In this document: positions 29,368 through 39,890 of the stretch, in pieces
How positions within the stretch are numbered: the first letter of the stretch is position 1
Layout: each line of letters opens with the position of its first letter
Assembly: GCA_039630085.1 (NCBI GenBank)
Contig: JBCNVM010000001.1
Span: 160,001-224,000 of the forward strand
DNA from: Candidatus Caldarchaeales archaeon
GTDB lineage: Archaea > Thermoproteota > Nitrososphaeria_A > Caldarchaeales > Calditenuaceae
Direction: 5' to 3'
DNA length: 64,000 bases
Notes under the pieces: generated by a model
The model's database searches: none
Told to the model about the DNA's origin: nothing
What the model saw: the letters and a program-made list of their open reading frames with translations, nothing else
Position numbers and translations under genes: made by a program

Positions 29368-29521
29368 TCCAGACTCTGTCCCCGCGCCGGTACAAATAAC
29401 CGAACCGCCTCGGGCCGCCGAGCTCACCTCGCCCGGGCTCCTCGACGGACGCCGTCCGCCGGTCGCCATCTGATCGCCGTTGCCCGACAAAGATAAATGA
29501 CGGTCCGAGCGTTCTCAACGC

Positions 29522-30916
29522 ATGAGCGGAAGGCAGTCCGGACAGGGCAAGCTGACGCCGCTGACGGCCGTCCTGATCGTTCTGGTCCTCGTCCTGGGAG
29601 GCGCCGCGGGTTACTTCGCGACTACCCAGCCGACCGTCACCAAGACCGAGGTCAGGACCGTGACCGCACCGGGGGCCGCGCAGACCCTGACGGTCCTCTC
29701 GACGGTGACCCGGACCGTTCCGACGACGATCGTCACCACCGCTGTCGTCACTGCGGCTCCGACTCGGATTGAGTACACGATAGGGTTCGCGATGGCGGTG
29801 AGCGGTCCTTACGCGGTCGACGGTCCCGTGCGGAGGGACGGAGGGATCCTCGCGATCGAGCACATCAACTCCTACCTCGAGTCGATAGGCTCGCCGGTGA
29901 GGTTCAAGTTCGTCCACGACGACACGAAGGGCACCGGGGCCGACGCCCTGAAGGTGATCCAGTCGATGTACGCGGCCGGGATCAGGGTGGTCGTGGGACC
30001 CTTCGCGTCCGGCGAAGTCAGGGGGATCATGGACTTCGTCAACACCAACAAGATGGTCGTGATCAGCCCCTCCTCAACCAGTCCACTCCTCGCGGCCTCG
30101 GACTACGTCTTCAGGGTCGTCCCGACCGACCTCTTCCAGGCCGAGGTCCTCGCACAGGTGATGAGCAGGGACGGGATCAAGAAGGTCGCCGTCATCTCGA
30201 GGAACGACGACTACGGCAGGGGCCTCACCGAGGCCTTCGAGAGGGTCTTCACGACCCAGTACGGCGGGACGGTCAGGAAGCTCCTCTACACGGTCGGCCA
30301 GCCCGACTACGCCTCTGAAGTCTCCTCGCTCAGCTCGATCGTCGCGGAGCTTGGCGTGAGTCCCGAGACCGCCGTCCTGATCATCGCCTTCGAGGACGAC
30401 GGCCTCAACATCCTCGGACACGCGAGGCTCGACGCGAGGCTGTCGAGGGTCAGGTGGTACGGCTCCGAGACCCTCAGGAGGCCAGCGGCCTACCTCCCGG
30501 CCCCTGAGGGCAGGGCGTCGCCGGACGTAGCCAAGTTCCTCGCCGACGTGAAGCTCACCGGCGTCTTCGCCTCGCCGAGGGGAGGTCCTCTCGCAGCGAA
30601 GTTCGAGAGCGACTACAGGTCCAAGTTCGGGAGGGAGCCCTCACCGTACGCATACTTCACCTACGACGCCGTCTGGGTCGCAGCGCTCGCGATCCTCTAC
30701 GCGGGGAAGTACGACGCCGACGCAGTCAGGGCGGCGCTCCCGATCGTCGGGGAGAGGTACATGGGCGTGACGGGCTACAAGGCCTTCGACCCGAGCGGGG
30801 ACGCGCTGGGGTCCGACTACACGATATGGCAGTACAGGATGGTCGAGGGCAAGTACAGGTTCGCCGACATCGGGACCTGGAGGTACCCGGCCAGGGTCAT
30901 CGAGTACTTCGGGTAG
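29522..30916 (+). CDS. Branched-chain amino acid-type ABC transporter substrate-binding protein
   Basis: N-terminal TM anchor, Thr-rich linker, VVGPFASG, SPSSTSP, FRVVPTD, YDAVW. Confidence 0.88.
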   Translation: MSGRQSGQGKLTPLTAVLIVLVLVLGGAAGYFATTQPTVTKTEVRTVTAPGAAQTLTVLSTVTRTVPTTIVTTAVVTAAPTRIEYTIGFAMAVSGPYAVDGPVRRDGGILAIEHINSYLESIGSPVRFKFVHDDTKGTGADALKVIQSMYAAGIRVVVGPFASGEVRGIMDFVNTNKMVVISPSSTSPLLAASDYVFRVVPTDLFQAEVLAQVMSRDGIKKVAVISRNDDYGRGLTEAFERVFTTQYGGTVRKLLYTVGQPDYASEVSSLSSIVAELGVSPETAVLIIAFEDDGLNILGHARLDARLSRVRWYGSETLRRPAAYLPAPEGRASPDVAKFLADVKLTGVFASPRGGPLAAKFESDYRSKFGREPSPYAYFTYDAVWVAALAILYAGKYDADAVRAALPIVGERYMGVTGYKAFDPSGDALGSDYTIWQYRMVEGKYRFADIGTWRYPARVIEYFG

Positions 30917-30921
30917 GGCCT

Positions 30922-31683
30922 TTGAGCCTTGAGGTAAGGGACCTCACCAAGCGGTTCGGCGGGCTGGTTGCCGTAAACCGCGTCTCTTTTTCCGTCGATA
31001 GGGGGGAGCTAGTCGGACTTATCGGCCCCAACGGATCGGGGAAGACCACGCTCTTCAACCTGATCGCCGGGGTTCTGAAGCCCGACGAGGGCGAGATAAT
31101 CTTCGAGGGCGAGAGGATCGACGGCCTAAGGCCCGACGAGGTCTTCAGGAAGGGTGTAATCAGGAGCTTCCAGATCCCAAGGACGTTCTGGCACGTGACC
31201 GTCGCGGAGAACCTCGCCCTTCCAGCTCACCCCCAAGTGGGCGAGAGGCCTCACGCCGCTCCCTTCAGGAGGCTCTGGAGGCGCCAGGAGTTGGAGGTCG
31301 CCCGGAGGGTCTCTGAGGTCGCCGAGTTCCTCAAGCTCGACGCCGTCCACAGGAACTGGGGCTCGGAGATCTCGGGAGGCCAGATGAAGCTCACCGAAAT
31401 AGGCAGGTCCATGATGTCCGGAGGGAAGCTGGTCCTCCTCGACGAGCCAGCGGCCGGCGTTGCGGTCCCGCTCGCTCACGAGATCTTCAGGCACATTCAG
31501 GCGATCAACAGGTCCTCGTTAACTACCTTCATTATAATAGAACACAAGCTGGACGTTCTGCTGGAATACGTGCGGAGGGTCTTAGTTATGCACGAAGGTC
31601 GCATAATATACGACGGGGATCCGACGGGAGCGGTCAGGGACAGGAGGGTGGTGGAGGCCTACCTCGGCACGGAGGCGAGCTGA
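30922..31683 (+). CDS. livG: BCAA-type ABC transporter ATPase (LivG-like)
   Basis: KRFGGLVAV, GPNGSGKTT, LLDEPAAG, VVEAYLG. Confidence 0.88.
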   Translation: MSLEVRDLTKRFGGLVAVNRVSFSVDRGELVGLIGPNGSGKTTLFNLIAGVLKPDEGEIIFEGERIDGLRPDEVFRKGVIRSFQIPRTFWHVTVAENLALPAHPQVGERPHAAPFRRLWRRQELEVARRVSEVAEFLKLDAVHRNWGSEISGGQMKLTEIGRSMMSGGKLVLLDEPAAGVAVPLAHEIFRHIQAINRSSLTTFIIIEHKLDVLLEYVRRVLVMHEGRIIYDGDPTGAVRDRRVVEAYLGTEAS

Positions 31684-31686
31684 GGG

Positions 31687-32388
31687 TTGCTGGAGCTTAG
31701 GAGCGTCACGGCGGGCTACGGCAGGCTTCCGATCGTAACCGAGGTGGACGTCTCCGTGAAGGAGGGCGAGACGGTGGCGATCATAGGCCCCAACGGCTCC
31801 GGGAAGAGCACGCTCGCCAAGACCGTGGTCGGCCTCACCAACGTCTTCGGGGGGTCGGTAGTCTTCGACGGGCAGGACATAACGCGCCGCCCGCCCTCCG
31901 AGAGGGTCAGGATGGGGATCGCCTACCTCCCTCAGACCAACAACGTCTTCCCGGACATGACTGTCCTCGAGAACCTCGAGATGGGAGGGTACGCGCTGTC
32001 GAGGGAGGAGCTCAGGGTTAGGATCAAGGAGGTCCTCGAGATGTTCCCGGAGCTCTTGGGCAGGCTCAGGCAGAGGGCCGGAACGCTCAGCGGCGGCGAG
32101 AGGCAGATGCTGGCCATGTCACGGCTCCTCATGACGTCGCCGAGGCTCGTGATCATGGACGAGCCCTCGGCGGGCCTCGCGCCCAAGATGGTCCACAGGA
32201 TCTACGAGAAGGTCGACGCCTTAAGGAGGTCCGGCCTCACGATGCTGCTGATCGAGCAGCACGCGAGGATGGCGATCACCCACTCGGAGAGGACGCTCGT
32301 CATGGTTGGAGGAAGGGTGGTCCTCAGCGACGCTAGCGAGAGGGTTGCAGGTCTGGACCTCGCGGCGGTCTTCTTCCAGAGGAAGTAG
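31687..32388 (+). CDS. livF: BCAA-type ABC transporter ATPase (LivF-like)
   Basis: GPNGSGKST, AGTLSGGERQM, DEPSAGLAP. Confidence 0.88.
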   Translation: MLELRSVTAGYGRLPIVTEVDVSVKEGETVAIIGPNGSGKSTLAKTVVGLTNVFGGSVVFDGQDITRRPPSERVRMGIAYLPQTNNVFPDMTVLENLEMGGYALSREELRVRIKEVLEMFPELLGRLRQRAGTLSGGERQMLAMSRLLMTSPRLVIMDEPSAGLAPKMVHRIYEKVDALRRSGLTMLLIEQHARMAITHSERTLVMVGGRVVLSDASERVAGLDLAAVFFQRK

Positions 32389-32426
32389 ACCTTTTTAACG
32401 GCCGGCCCGATTTCTCCGTCGGTTCG

Positions 32427-33329
32427 GTGATGATCGAGGAAGCCCTCGGCCAACTCCCCACCACGCTGCTGGCCTCCTCGCTCTACGCGATGGCGGCCGT
32501 GGGCCTCACGATGAACTACTCGGTCACGAGGCTCGCGGACTTCGCTATCGGCGAGTACATCACGATCGGATGCTACGTCGCCGCCCTCCTCACCCTCAGC
32601 AGGGTCGACCCGGTCACGTCGATGTTGCTGGCCGGAGCCGCGGGGGCGCTGATCGCCCTCTCGGTCGACGAGCTGGCATACAAGAGGCTGGAGAAGAGGG
32701 GGGCGACGCTGCTCCAGGTCTTCATAGCGAGCGTGGGCGCGAGCTTCACGATCAGGTACCTCTTCTCGATCTACGCCGACTTCGAGGACCTCCTCTTCCT
32801 CACCTCCGGGTTCAGCTCCCAGCCCGTCGTCTTCCTGGGAACAAGGCCCTTGACCAACCTGCACGTCCTGGCCCTCGCTACCCTTGCGGTGACCGTAGCG
32901 GGCCTCACCTACCTGATCCTGAGGACGAAGGTTGGGAAAGCGATGAGGGCGATAGCCAGCAACAGGGACCTCGCGATGGTCAGCGGGATACCGGTCTGGC
33001 GGATAAGGTCGATCACGAGGCTCCTCACGGGCTTCCTGGCCGGCGTCTCCGGAGCCCTCTGGGCCTACTACACGAGCATCAACCCGGAGTCCGGGTGGAG
33101 GATGCTCCTCTGGGTCTTCTCCGCGGCCATCATCGGCAACTTCACCAGCTTCCCGCTAACGCTTCTGGGAGGCTTCGTGATAGGGGCCGCGGAGAACCTC
33201 GGGATGTGGGCCCTGAACAGGGCCGTCGGCCTCGAGACCGCGTACAAGCCCCTGATACCCTACTTCGCGATCGCGGGCGTCCTCCTCTACCGGAACAGGT
33301 ACAGGTTCGCGAGGCTGGTGGAGCCTTGA
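32427..33329 (+). CDS. livH: BCAA-type ABC transporter permease (LivH-like)
   Basis: Multi-TM; AVGLTM..FAIGE and TKVGKAMRA..A..SGI. Confidence 0.85.
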   Translation: MMIEEALGQLPTTLLASSLYAMAAVGLTMNYSVTRLADFAIGEYITIGCYVAALLTLSRVDPVTSMLLAGAAGALIALSVDELAYKRLEKRGATLLQVFIASVGASFTIRYLFSIYADFEDLLFLTSGFSSQPVVFLGTRPLTNLHVLALATLAVTVAGLTYLILRTKVGKAMRAIASNRDLAMVSGIPVWRIRSITRLLTGFLAGVSGALWAYYTSINPESGWRMLLWVFSAAIIGNFTSFPLTLLGGFVIGAAENLGMWALNRAVGLETAYKPLIPYFAIAGVLLYRNRYRFARLVEP

Positions 33330-34381
33330 TCGGCGAGGGCGCGCTGGTCCTGGTCCAGAGCTTCACGTTCTACCTGCTGATCTACGTGATCCTCTCGCTC
33401 AGCATGAACCTCGAGTACGGCCTCACGGGGGTCCCGAACCTTGGGAAGGTCCTCTTCTTCTTCGTCGGCGCGATCACCAGCACCGTCATCACGGTCAACG
33501 TCTACGACTCCCTGCTCGGGATAGAAGACCCGCTATCGGCCCTGTCCGCCGCGAAGAGGACGGAGCTGGCCGCGTCCAATCCGCTCCTCGCGGTCGGGGT
33601 CTTCGCCCTCTCGCTGGTCGCGAGCTCCCTCGTAGCGGGGGCCCTCGGTTTCGTCGCTAGCTACCCCGCGCTAGCGCTGAAGGGGAGCATGCTCTCGATC
33701 ACGCTCCTCATCTTCGGCGAGGCCGTGAGGGTCTTCGTCAGGACCTACCAGCCGCTCGTCGGAGGCGTCTTCGGGATCTCGGGGATCTCGAACCCGTTCG
33801 TCTTCCTCAGGAACCCGCCGCTGGCGATGACGCTTTATGTCGCCCTCACGGGGGTCGTCGCGCTCCTCGTCTACCTCCTCGTCGATAGGCTGACCAACTC
33901 TCCGTTCGGGAGGGTGATGAAGGCGGTCCGGGACGACGAGCTCGCCGCCTACTCGCTCGGGAAGGACGTGCCAAAGGTCAGGGGTCAGGTGCTCTTCATC
34001 GGATCGGCGATCGCGGGCGCCGCGGGCTCCCTCTACACCTTCTACTCGCAGGCGATCTTCCCCGACGACTTCGTCCCAGCCCTCACGTTCTTCGTCCTGA
34101 CGATGGTCATCCTGGGGGGGTTGGCCAACAGCGTCGGTGCGGTCGTGGGGGCGCTGGTCCTCGCGGTCTTCGAGAGGTTCTCTCAAGCGAGCACGCTCGC
34201 GATCTTCGGCGTCGCGGTCGGTTTCGACATCTCCTACCTCAGGTATGCCGTCATGGGGGTGTTGATCGTGGCCGTGCTCCTCTACAGGCCGCAGGGGCTG
34301 ATACCCGAGAAGCCCGTCAAGACCGAGCTCTACGAGGTCCTCGCCGCGAGGGCCAGGAAGCCGTCCGAGGACCGGGGTTAG
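33326..34381 (+). CDS. livM: BCAA-type ABC transporter permease (LivM-like)
   Basis: LNLEYGLTG-like start, SPFGRVMKAVRDDE, RPQGLIPE; TTG start overlaps the upstream stop. Confidence 0.85.
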   Translation: MIGEGALVLVQSFTFYLLIYVILSLSMNLEYGLTGVPNLGKVLFFFVGAITSTVITVNVYDSLLGIEDPLSALSAAKRTELAASNPLLAVGVFALSLVASSLVAGALGFVASYPALALKGSMLSITLLIFGEAVRVFVRTYQPLVGGVFGISGISNPFVFLRNPPLAMTLYVALTGVVALLVYLLVDRLTNSPFGRVMKAVRDDELAAYSLGKDVPKVRGQVLFIGSAIAGAAGSLYTFYSQAIFPDDFVPALTFFVLTMVILGGLANSVGAVVGALVLAVFERFSQASTLAIFGVAVGFDISYLRYAVMGVLIVAVLLYRPQGLIPEKPVKTELYEVLAARARKPSEDRG

Positions 34382-34412
34382 GCTTTTCACGAGGCTCCCT
34401 TAAGCCCGTGCC

Positions 34413-34709
34413 GTGAGGGTCGTGGCCGTTGGCGGAGAGGCCTTCGTCTCCGCGATGAGGCTGGCCGGTACTGGGACCGTTCTGGCCTCGGGCCCCGAGG
34501 AGGCCCTCGCAGCGGTCAGGAGGCTGATCTCTGCCGGCGACGTGGGCCTGATCCTCGTCAGCGACGAGTACGGGCCCGAGTTCTCCCAGAGGCTCTCCGA
34601 GCTGAGGGCCGCGATCGCGGTCCCCGTGATCTACCTCCTCCCCGCTCCGGGCTCGAGGGTCCAGCCGGTCGACTACAGGGCGATCATCAGGCAGGTCCTC
34701 GGCGTCTGA
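34413..34709 (+). CDS. atpF: A/V-type ATP synthase subunit F
   Basis: MRVVAVG...MRLAG, DVGLILV, PVIYLLP, IRQVLGV pattern; 98 aa. Confidence 0.78.
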   Translation: MRVVAVGGEAFVSAMRLAGTGTVLASGPEEALAAVRRLISAGDVGLILVSDEYGPEFSQRLSELRAAIAVPVIYLLPAPGSRVQPVDYRAIIRQVLGV

Positions 34710-34718
34710 GGGGCGCGC

Positions 34719-35534
34719 TCAGGGCGGAGGCATCGGAGGAGGCTCGGAGCCCGTTAGCTCCGCGTAGAGGTCGGCGTCGCCGACGACCCGAACGCCGCGG
34801 GCGGAGAAGTACCTGTTGACGTTCCTGATGTCCCTCAGGAGGAGCCTCTCGGCCAAGGGGTGGTCCCTCAGCACGGACTGCGAGAGGTCGATGAAGTAGA
34901 CCTCGTCGGTCGAGGCGAGCATCAGGTTGTACTCGCTCAGGTCGCCGTGGACCAGCTCCGCCCCCGTATAGAGCGTCCTCAGGTTCCCGATGACCGACTC
35001 GTAGACCTCCTCCAGCTCCTCCCTTCCGAGCTCGAGCTCCCTCAGGAGCGGATGCCTCACGCCGTCCTTCCCGAGGAACCCCATCACGAGGACGTTCGCC
35101 CTGACCGCGTACGGCTTCGGGCACCTGACGCCGGCCGCGAAGGCCTGCTGGAGGTTCAGGAACTCCCTCCTCGCCCAAGCGTAGATTATCTTCCTCACCG
35201 AGCCACCGACCCTTCCGACCCTCGCGTCCATCGCTAGGTACTCGGACCTCCTCCTGAACTCCCTGTTGTTGACCAGGTAGATCTTCACCGCCAGCTCCTC
35301 TCCGGCCCTAGTCCTCGCGTGGTAGATCCTGGACTCCTTTCCCGCGTTGACGACGCCGTAGAGGTCATCGATGAGGCCGCTGGTCATCAGCCTGTAGACG
35401 GTCATCAGGGTCTGGGCGTCGAAGACCTCCTCGAAGGCGGCCCTCTCGAGCGACCTGTCCCTCTCGAGGAACCTGTTCCGTAACTCTGCGATCGCCTCCT
35501 GCCTCGTCAGCTTCTTCTCCCACCTGTTCGCCAC
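34719..35534 (-). CDS. rio1: RIO1 serine/threonine kinase
   Basis: GKESRIY, AVKIY, WARREF.NL, VHGDLSEYNL, IDLSQSV. Confidence 0.92.
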   Translation of the reverse strand: MANRWEKKLTRQEAIAELRNRFLERDRSLERAAFEEVFDAQTLMTVYRLMTSGLIDDLYGVVNAGKESRIYHARTRAGEELAVKIYLVNNREFRRRSEYLAMDARVGRVGGSVRKIIYAWARREFLNLQQAFAAGVRCPKPYAVRANVLVMGFLGKDGVRHPLLRELELGREELEEVYESVIGNLRTLYTGAELVHGDLSEYNLMLASTDEVYFIDLSQSVLRDHPLAERLLLRDIRNVNRYFSARGVRVVGDADLYAELTGSEPPPMPPP

Positions 35535-35849
35535 TCCCGACGTCAGAGGTCCACCTCCGCTATAAAATCACGCCCCCTGTCCCCGCTCCCAGCGAACTCC
35601 GGGCCGCCCAGCGGGCGAGACTTCGCGAGGAGACCGTCGCAGGTCAGACGCCTCCGCGGTTCGTACTGAGACTCGTCTCGGTTAGGGCGCCGTCACCCGC
35701 GCCTCACAGCCTCGCAGTTCGGCTGATGGCACTTCTCAACACGTCGTTAGAGCGCGTCCCGAGTCCGGAGCCCGGAGTTACTGACGGGGCTAGTACCGAA
35801 GTTCTCTAGTCTAAGAAGACTTTTATCTAAGAAGTTTCGACGAGGCATA

Positions 35850-38579
35850 ATGAAAGGAGCGCTAATCGTCTCCCTCCTTCTCCTTACGTTACTGTCGGGC
35901 ATCTTCATAGGCACACTTGCGTCGCCGGGCAGGACGGCCACCACGACCCTCGTCCTCACGGCCACCGAGACCCAGTTGAGGACCAACACGGTCAGATTGG
36001 TCGAGACGACGGTCCTGACTAGACTCACGACCCTCACCTCGGTCATAAGGACCACCGAGACGCAGCCCTTGACCTTCACTTCGACGTTAAGGGTTACTGA
36101 GACGCAGACCCAGAGGACCACAGATTACCGGTCCGTCACGTCGACCGTAACGCAGGTCTTCACGGAACACGGAACGGCCACCACGACCGTAAGAACGACC
36201 GAGACCAGAACGACCACCCAGTACAGAACCACTACGGTTACAGTCACGACGACGGAGTCCGGGGCGCTCCAGGCTCCGTCTAACCTTAGGGTCACGGGGG
36301 TGGATTACAACCGCATCTCGCTCGCGTGGCAGGACAATTCCGCGAATGAGGAGGGGTTCATCGTCGAGAGGAGCGAGGACGGGCGGACGTTCTCAGCGAT
36401 AGGGAGGACCGGTCAGAACGCGGCCTCTTACACCGATGGGACTGTGCGGGGCGAGAGGACCTACTACTACAGAGTTAGGGCTTTCCGGGGGAACTCGGTC
36501 AGTAGGCCGTCCAACACGGTCATGGAGACCGCGACGCCTTCACGGGCTCTACATCACCAACTACTTCGGCGGGCTCGGCGAGCTCGAGACGGCCTCCGTG
36601 AATTAGGGGGCTGGGGCTTCCGGGCTTCGATCGCGGACCTCTTCTGGGTCGCGTGGAACTGAGAGAGGTATCCCAGGGGCTCCAGAGGGGCGGAGGCGGT
36701 CTTCTCCATCGACTTCGGAGACCGCGCGTCTGGCGCCGGCAGCCAGAAAATCGTCGTCCGGAGGACAGACCAATCGGGACAGGACACTACCCTCGTGCTG
36801 CTCACTAGGATGATAAGGAACATGAATCCCGCTTACGCGGCTTACTACCCGAGGCCCGGCGACACGGTCGTCTTCTCCTTCCACTACAGGACCAGTCAGG
36901 TCGTTGAGAACTTAGAGATCAGGGTCTGGTTCAACTTCCTGTTCTTGAACAGGGGCAGTGGCAACTACGAATACCTCTCCAGACATGAGGTCTTGAGGGC
37001 TAGGGACCCGTCACCGAACTGGCAACGGGTAACGTATTCGACGGTCGTCCCGGAGAACGCCACTGCTTTCAATGCGTGGGTTCACATAACGTGCCGTGGT
37101 GTGTGTGCAGGGACTGTCTGGCTCGACAACTTCGTCTTGAGGACAGAGCCGGTCAAGAGGCTCCCGCTCATAGGGAGGGACCGAATCAACTTCAAGCTGG
37201 CCGCGATTCACGGCGAGATCTGGAACACGGACATGCTGGAGCTCGCTCAGAAGATGGACCTCCTGCTAGGGGGTGACGTGGAGGCCAAGATCGTGAAGGG
37301 AATAAAGCCTGAGTCGGTGCATCTTTATTATTTCAACGATCCATCCCTTATGACTAGCAGGCGAAACAACAGCAACAACCTTCCCTGTATGATTAGATGG
37401 GAGGGCGGCAGGCCGGTATATGAATTCGTTCCGTATTATAATTATCAGACGCACTTCGATGAGAGATGGCTGCTCACCAATTCTACGAACACAAGGTACG
37501 TCAGGCCAGAAGGAAGAGGAGGTTACGTGGTCAGGGAGGTATACTGTGAGTTCCTAGTCGACATAGGCAATCCCGATGCTATCAAAGCTGCGATAGAGAG
37601 CAAAGAGCAACGCCACATTATGGCTGGCTTCTACAACCCAAATCTCTCTTCACACCTATTCCACGACAACTTCTTCAACTTTTATTACCTCTGGGGCATG
37701 GAGGGCGCTCCCCCGTCCAGATATCCGCGACGGGACGAGGACAGGCTTCCCGTGCTGCGTAACATGTTGAGGGAGATTAAGGAGAGGCTCCTCGACCCAG
37801 AGCCGAAAAGGGTTATAATCCCCAACGTCGGGGTCTTCGATCAGCGACAGTTTGAGATACTCAATGAGTTCGGGTACGACGGTATCTTCATCGAGTTCTT
37901 CACCCGGATCTTCGGCAGATTTCATGACTCTCCCGTCCTCTACAACATGTTTACGGCGCTCAGGGACTACCCGGAGGACAGGCTCGTCGTGCTGGTTGAC
38001 TGGCTGCCGCATAGTTACATCGATCAATGGAACAGGAACCCAGCAGGAGCGCCGGCCGAAGTGAGGAGGGTAGTGAACTTCGTCGTCGCGGCCCTTTACC
38101 TAGTCAACGGGCCTAATGTGTACGTACATGTCCGGGACCAGGAGGAAACTTACCGAAGATCACACGTCCTAGAGGACTTCTATCTCCCCATCGGAAAGCC
38201 ACTGGGGAGGCTTCAGCTCGTGAGCGGGGACAGGAACGGTGCCCTCTTCGTCAGGAGGTTCGAGAACGGGATCGTCCTCCTGAACACGGCAGCCAGCGGT
38301 CGGAGCTTCACTTACACGCTTGACGGAGAGTATCGCGACAGGGCGGGCGGAATCTACTCCGGGCGGATCGAAATCCCTCCCCAGACCGGATACGTCCTGA
38401 TCAGGGCGCCTCAATTATCTGTTATGTCCTCGACCGTCTTCGATGACGCAGGATCCTCTTCGGCATGGTCTCTGACGACCGTAGTTCTCTCCGTCCCGGT
38501 GGCGTCCTTCGCGTTCGTTCTAGTTCGCGAGGTGTGGCCGCCGAGAAGTGACCGGGTCGGGAGGCCTCCGGCGCACTAG
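35850..38579 (+). pseudogene. Disrupted secreted protein: signal/TM, Thr-rich linker, FN3, CBM-like and putative glycoside hydrolase (GHL15-like) domains
   Basis: ORFs 35850-36662 and 36795-38579 are in the same frame and separated only by TGA 36660-36662; a probable pair of compensating frameshifts at ~36535-36605; FN3 LAWQDNS..EEGF.VERS..YYYRVRA; C-terminal FVRRFENGIVLLN; visibly lower GC. Confidence 0.68.
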
Positions 38580-38622
38580 GGCTTCAGGTTCTCAGGGGAG
38601 CTGCAAGGCCTCGGGGCTGAGC

Positions 38623-39168
38623 TTAGTGGTCTGACCCTTTCGATTGTCTCCTCTCCCTGACCAGCGCGAGCCCGAGCAGCGCCGCGACGCCCCAGAAGGC
38701 CGCCAGGACCGTTGAGAAGACCAGGAGCGACGAGAAGAGGGCCCTGCTCCCCTCCATCACGGTGACCGGGACGTTGACGAGGTAGGTGCCGTTCTCTCCG
38801 AGGACCGTGAACCCGAGGACGTACCTGCCGGGCCTCTGGAAGGTGTACTCGACTGAGAAGACGCCGTTCCTCACCTCGACGGGTTTGAAGAAGGCCTCCG
38901 GGAGCAATTCGGTCGCTATCAGGAGCGCTACGTGGACCCTCGCGGCCCTGCCGTCCAGCGTGCTGACCACCGCGGTGATCCTCACGGGAGAGCCCGCGGT
39001 CGGGTTGTTGGGCTCGAGGAGTATCTGGAGCCTGTAGTCGCCGACCTGCCACATCACGCAGACCAGCTGGCTGAACTCGTAGACCTCGAAGCCCGGCGGG
39101 GAGTAGGAGGTCGAGTTCGCCGCGCCGGCTGTCGCGAGCGCGACCAGCACGAGGAGGGCCGGCTTCAT
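38623..39168 (-). CDS. Exported Ig-like protein (YtkA/FixH-like) with C-terminal membrane anchor
   Basis: Signal peptide, LEPNNPTAGSPV, GVFSVEYTFQRPGRYVL, C-terminal TM; ATGA overlap with the Sco gene. Confidence 0.6.
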   Translation of the reverse strand: MKPALLVLVALATAGAANSTSYSPPGFEVYEFSQLVCVMWQVGDYRLQILLEPNNPTAGSPVRITAVVSTLDGRAARVHVALLIATELLPEAFFKPVEVRNGVFSVEYTFQRPGRYVLGFTVLGENGTYLVNVPVTVMEGSRALFSSLLVFSTVLAAFWGVAALLGLALVRERRQSKGSDH

Positions 39169-39848
39169 CTCGAGAGCAGGTACCTCGCGGCCTCGATGTA
39201 CTCCCTTTCCTCCATCTCGGGCGTGAGGGCAAGGACGATCTGGTGGTTCCTGTCGGCGCCCAAGACCCAGCTGAAGTGGTTCACGAAGTACCTCGAGCCC
39301 GGTGGGAGCTTGGTTGGGTCGACCGGGTTGCCCTTCTCGTCGGTGTAGAATACCGGGACCTTGTAGTCGAGGATGACCTTCACGATCTCCGCCTCGGTCC
39401 CCGTCAGGGCGATGATCTTCGGGTGGTAGTACTTGTCGACGTACTCCCTCAGCACCTCGGGCGTGTCCCTCCAGGGATCGGCGGAGACGAAGATGAAGGC
39501 CATCTTGTCCGCGTCCCTCCCCAGCGCCTCTATCGTCTTCTTCATCTTCGAGAGCACGATCGGGCAGACGTCCGGGCAGTTGGTGTATCCGAAGTAGATG
39601 AAGACCGGCTTGCCCTTGACCATGTCGAGCGTGAACCTCTTGCCGTACTTGTCGGTCAGCTCGAGCGGTGCCAGCTTACCTCCGGTCACCTTGATCGTCG
39701 GCTCGTAGCCCTTCGCGCCGGGTACCGGCAGTGTCGGGAGGAAGGCGAGCACCACGATCGCGATCGCGAGGCCCACCGAGACGCCGAGGACTCCGAGCAT
39801 ACCCGTTTTGCTGAGCCCCCTCTTGGACGCGGGGGTCATTCTATTCAC
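39165..39848 (-). CDS. sco: SCO1/SenC copper chaperone
   Basis: N-terminal TM, YFGYTNCPDVCP, DPWRDT, conserved His in VNH. Confidence 0.92.
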   Translation of the reverse strand: MNRMTPASKRGLSKTGMLGVLGVSVGLAIAIVVLAFLPTLPVPGAKGYEPTIKVTGGKLAPLELTDKYGKRFTLDMVKGKPVFIYFGYTNCPDVCPIVLSKMKKTIEALGRDADKMAFIFVSADPWRDTPEVLREYVDKYYHPKIIALTGTEAEIVKVILDYKVPVFYTDEKGNPVDPTKLPPGSRYFVNHFSWVLGADRNHQIVLALTPEMEEREYIEAARYLLSR

Positions 39849-39890
39849 CTGTAGGCTAAAGGGCTGAGCCCTCGGTAAATACTTGCCCCG

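Noticed and set aside
29240-29400. tRNA as the integration site of a mobile element
   Set aside because: No integrase and no duplicated tRNA end noticed; flanks are ordinary metabolic genes
35930-36260. ACC/ACG-rich low-complexity sequence (also 29620-29765)
   Set aside because: Thr-rich linkers typical of archaeal surface proteins; not a DNA repeat element
36660-36662. In-frame TGA as selenocysteine
   Set aside because: Context fits a Trp codon mutation, probable frameshifts lie nearby, and the protein is not a redox enzyme
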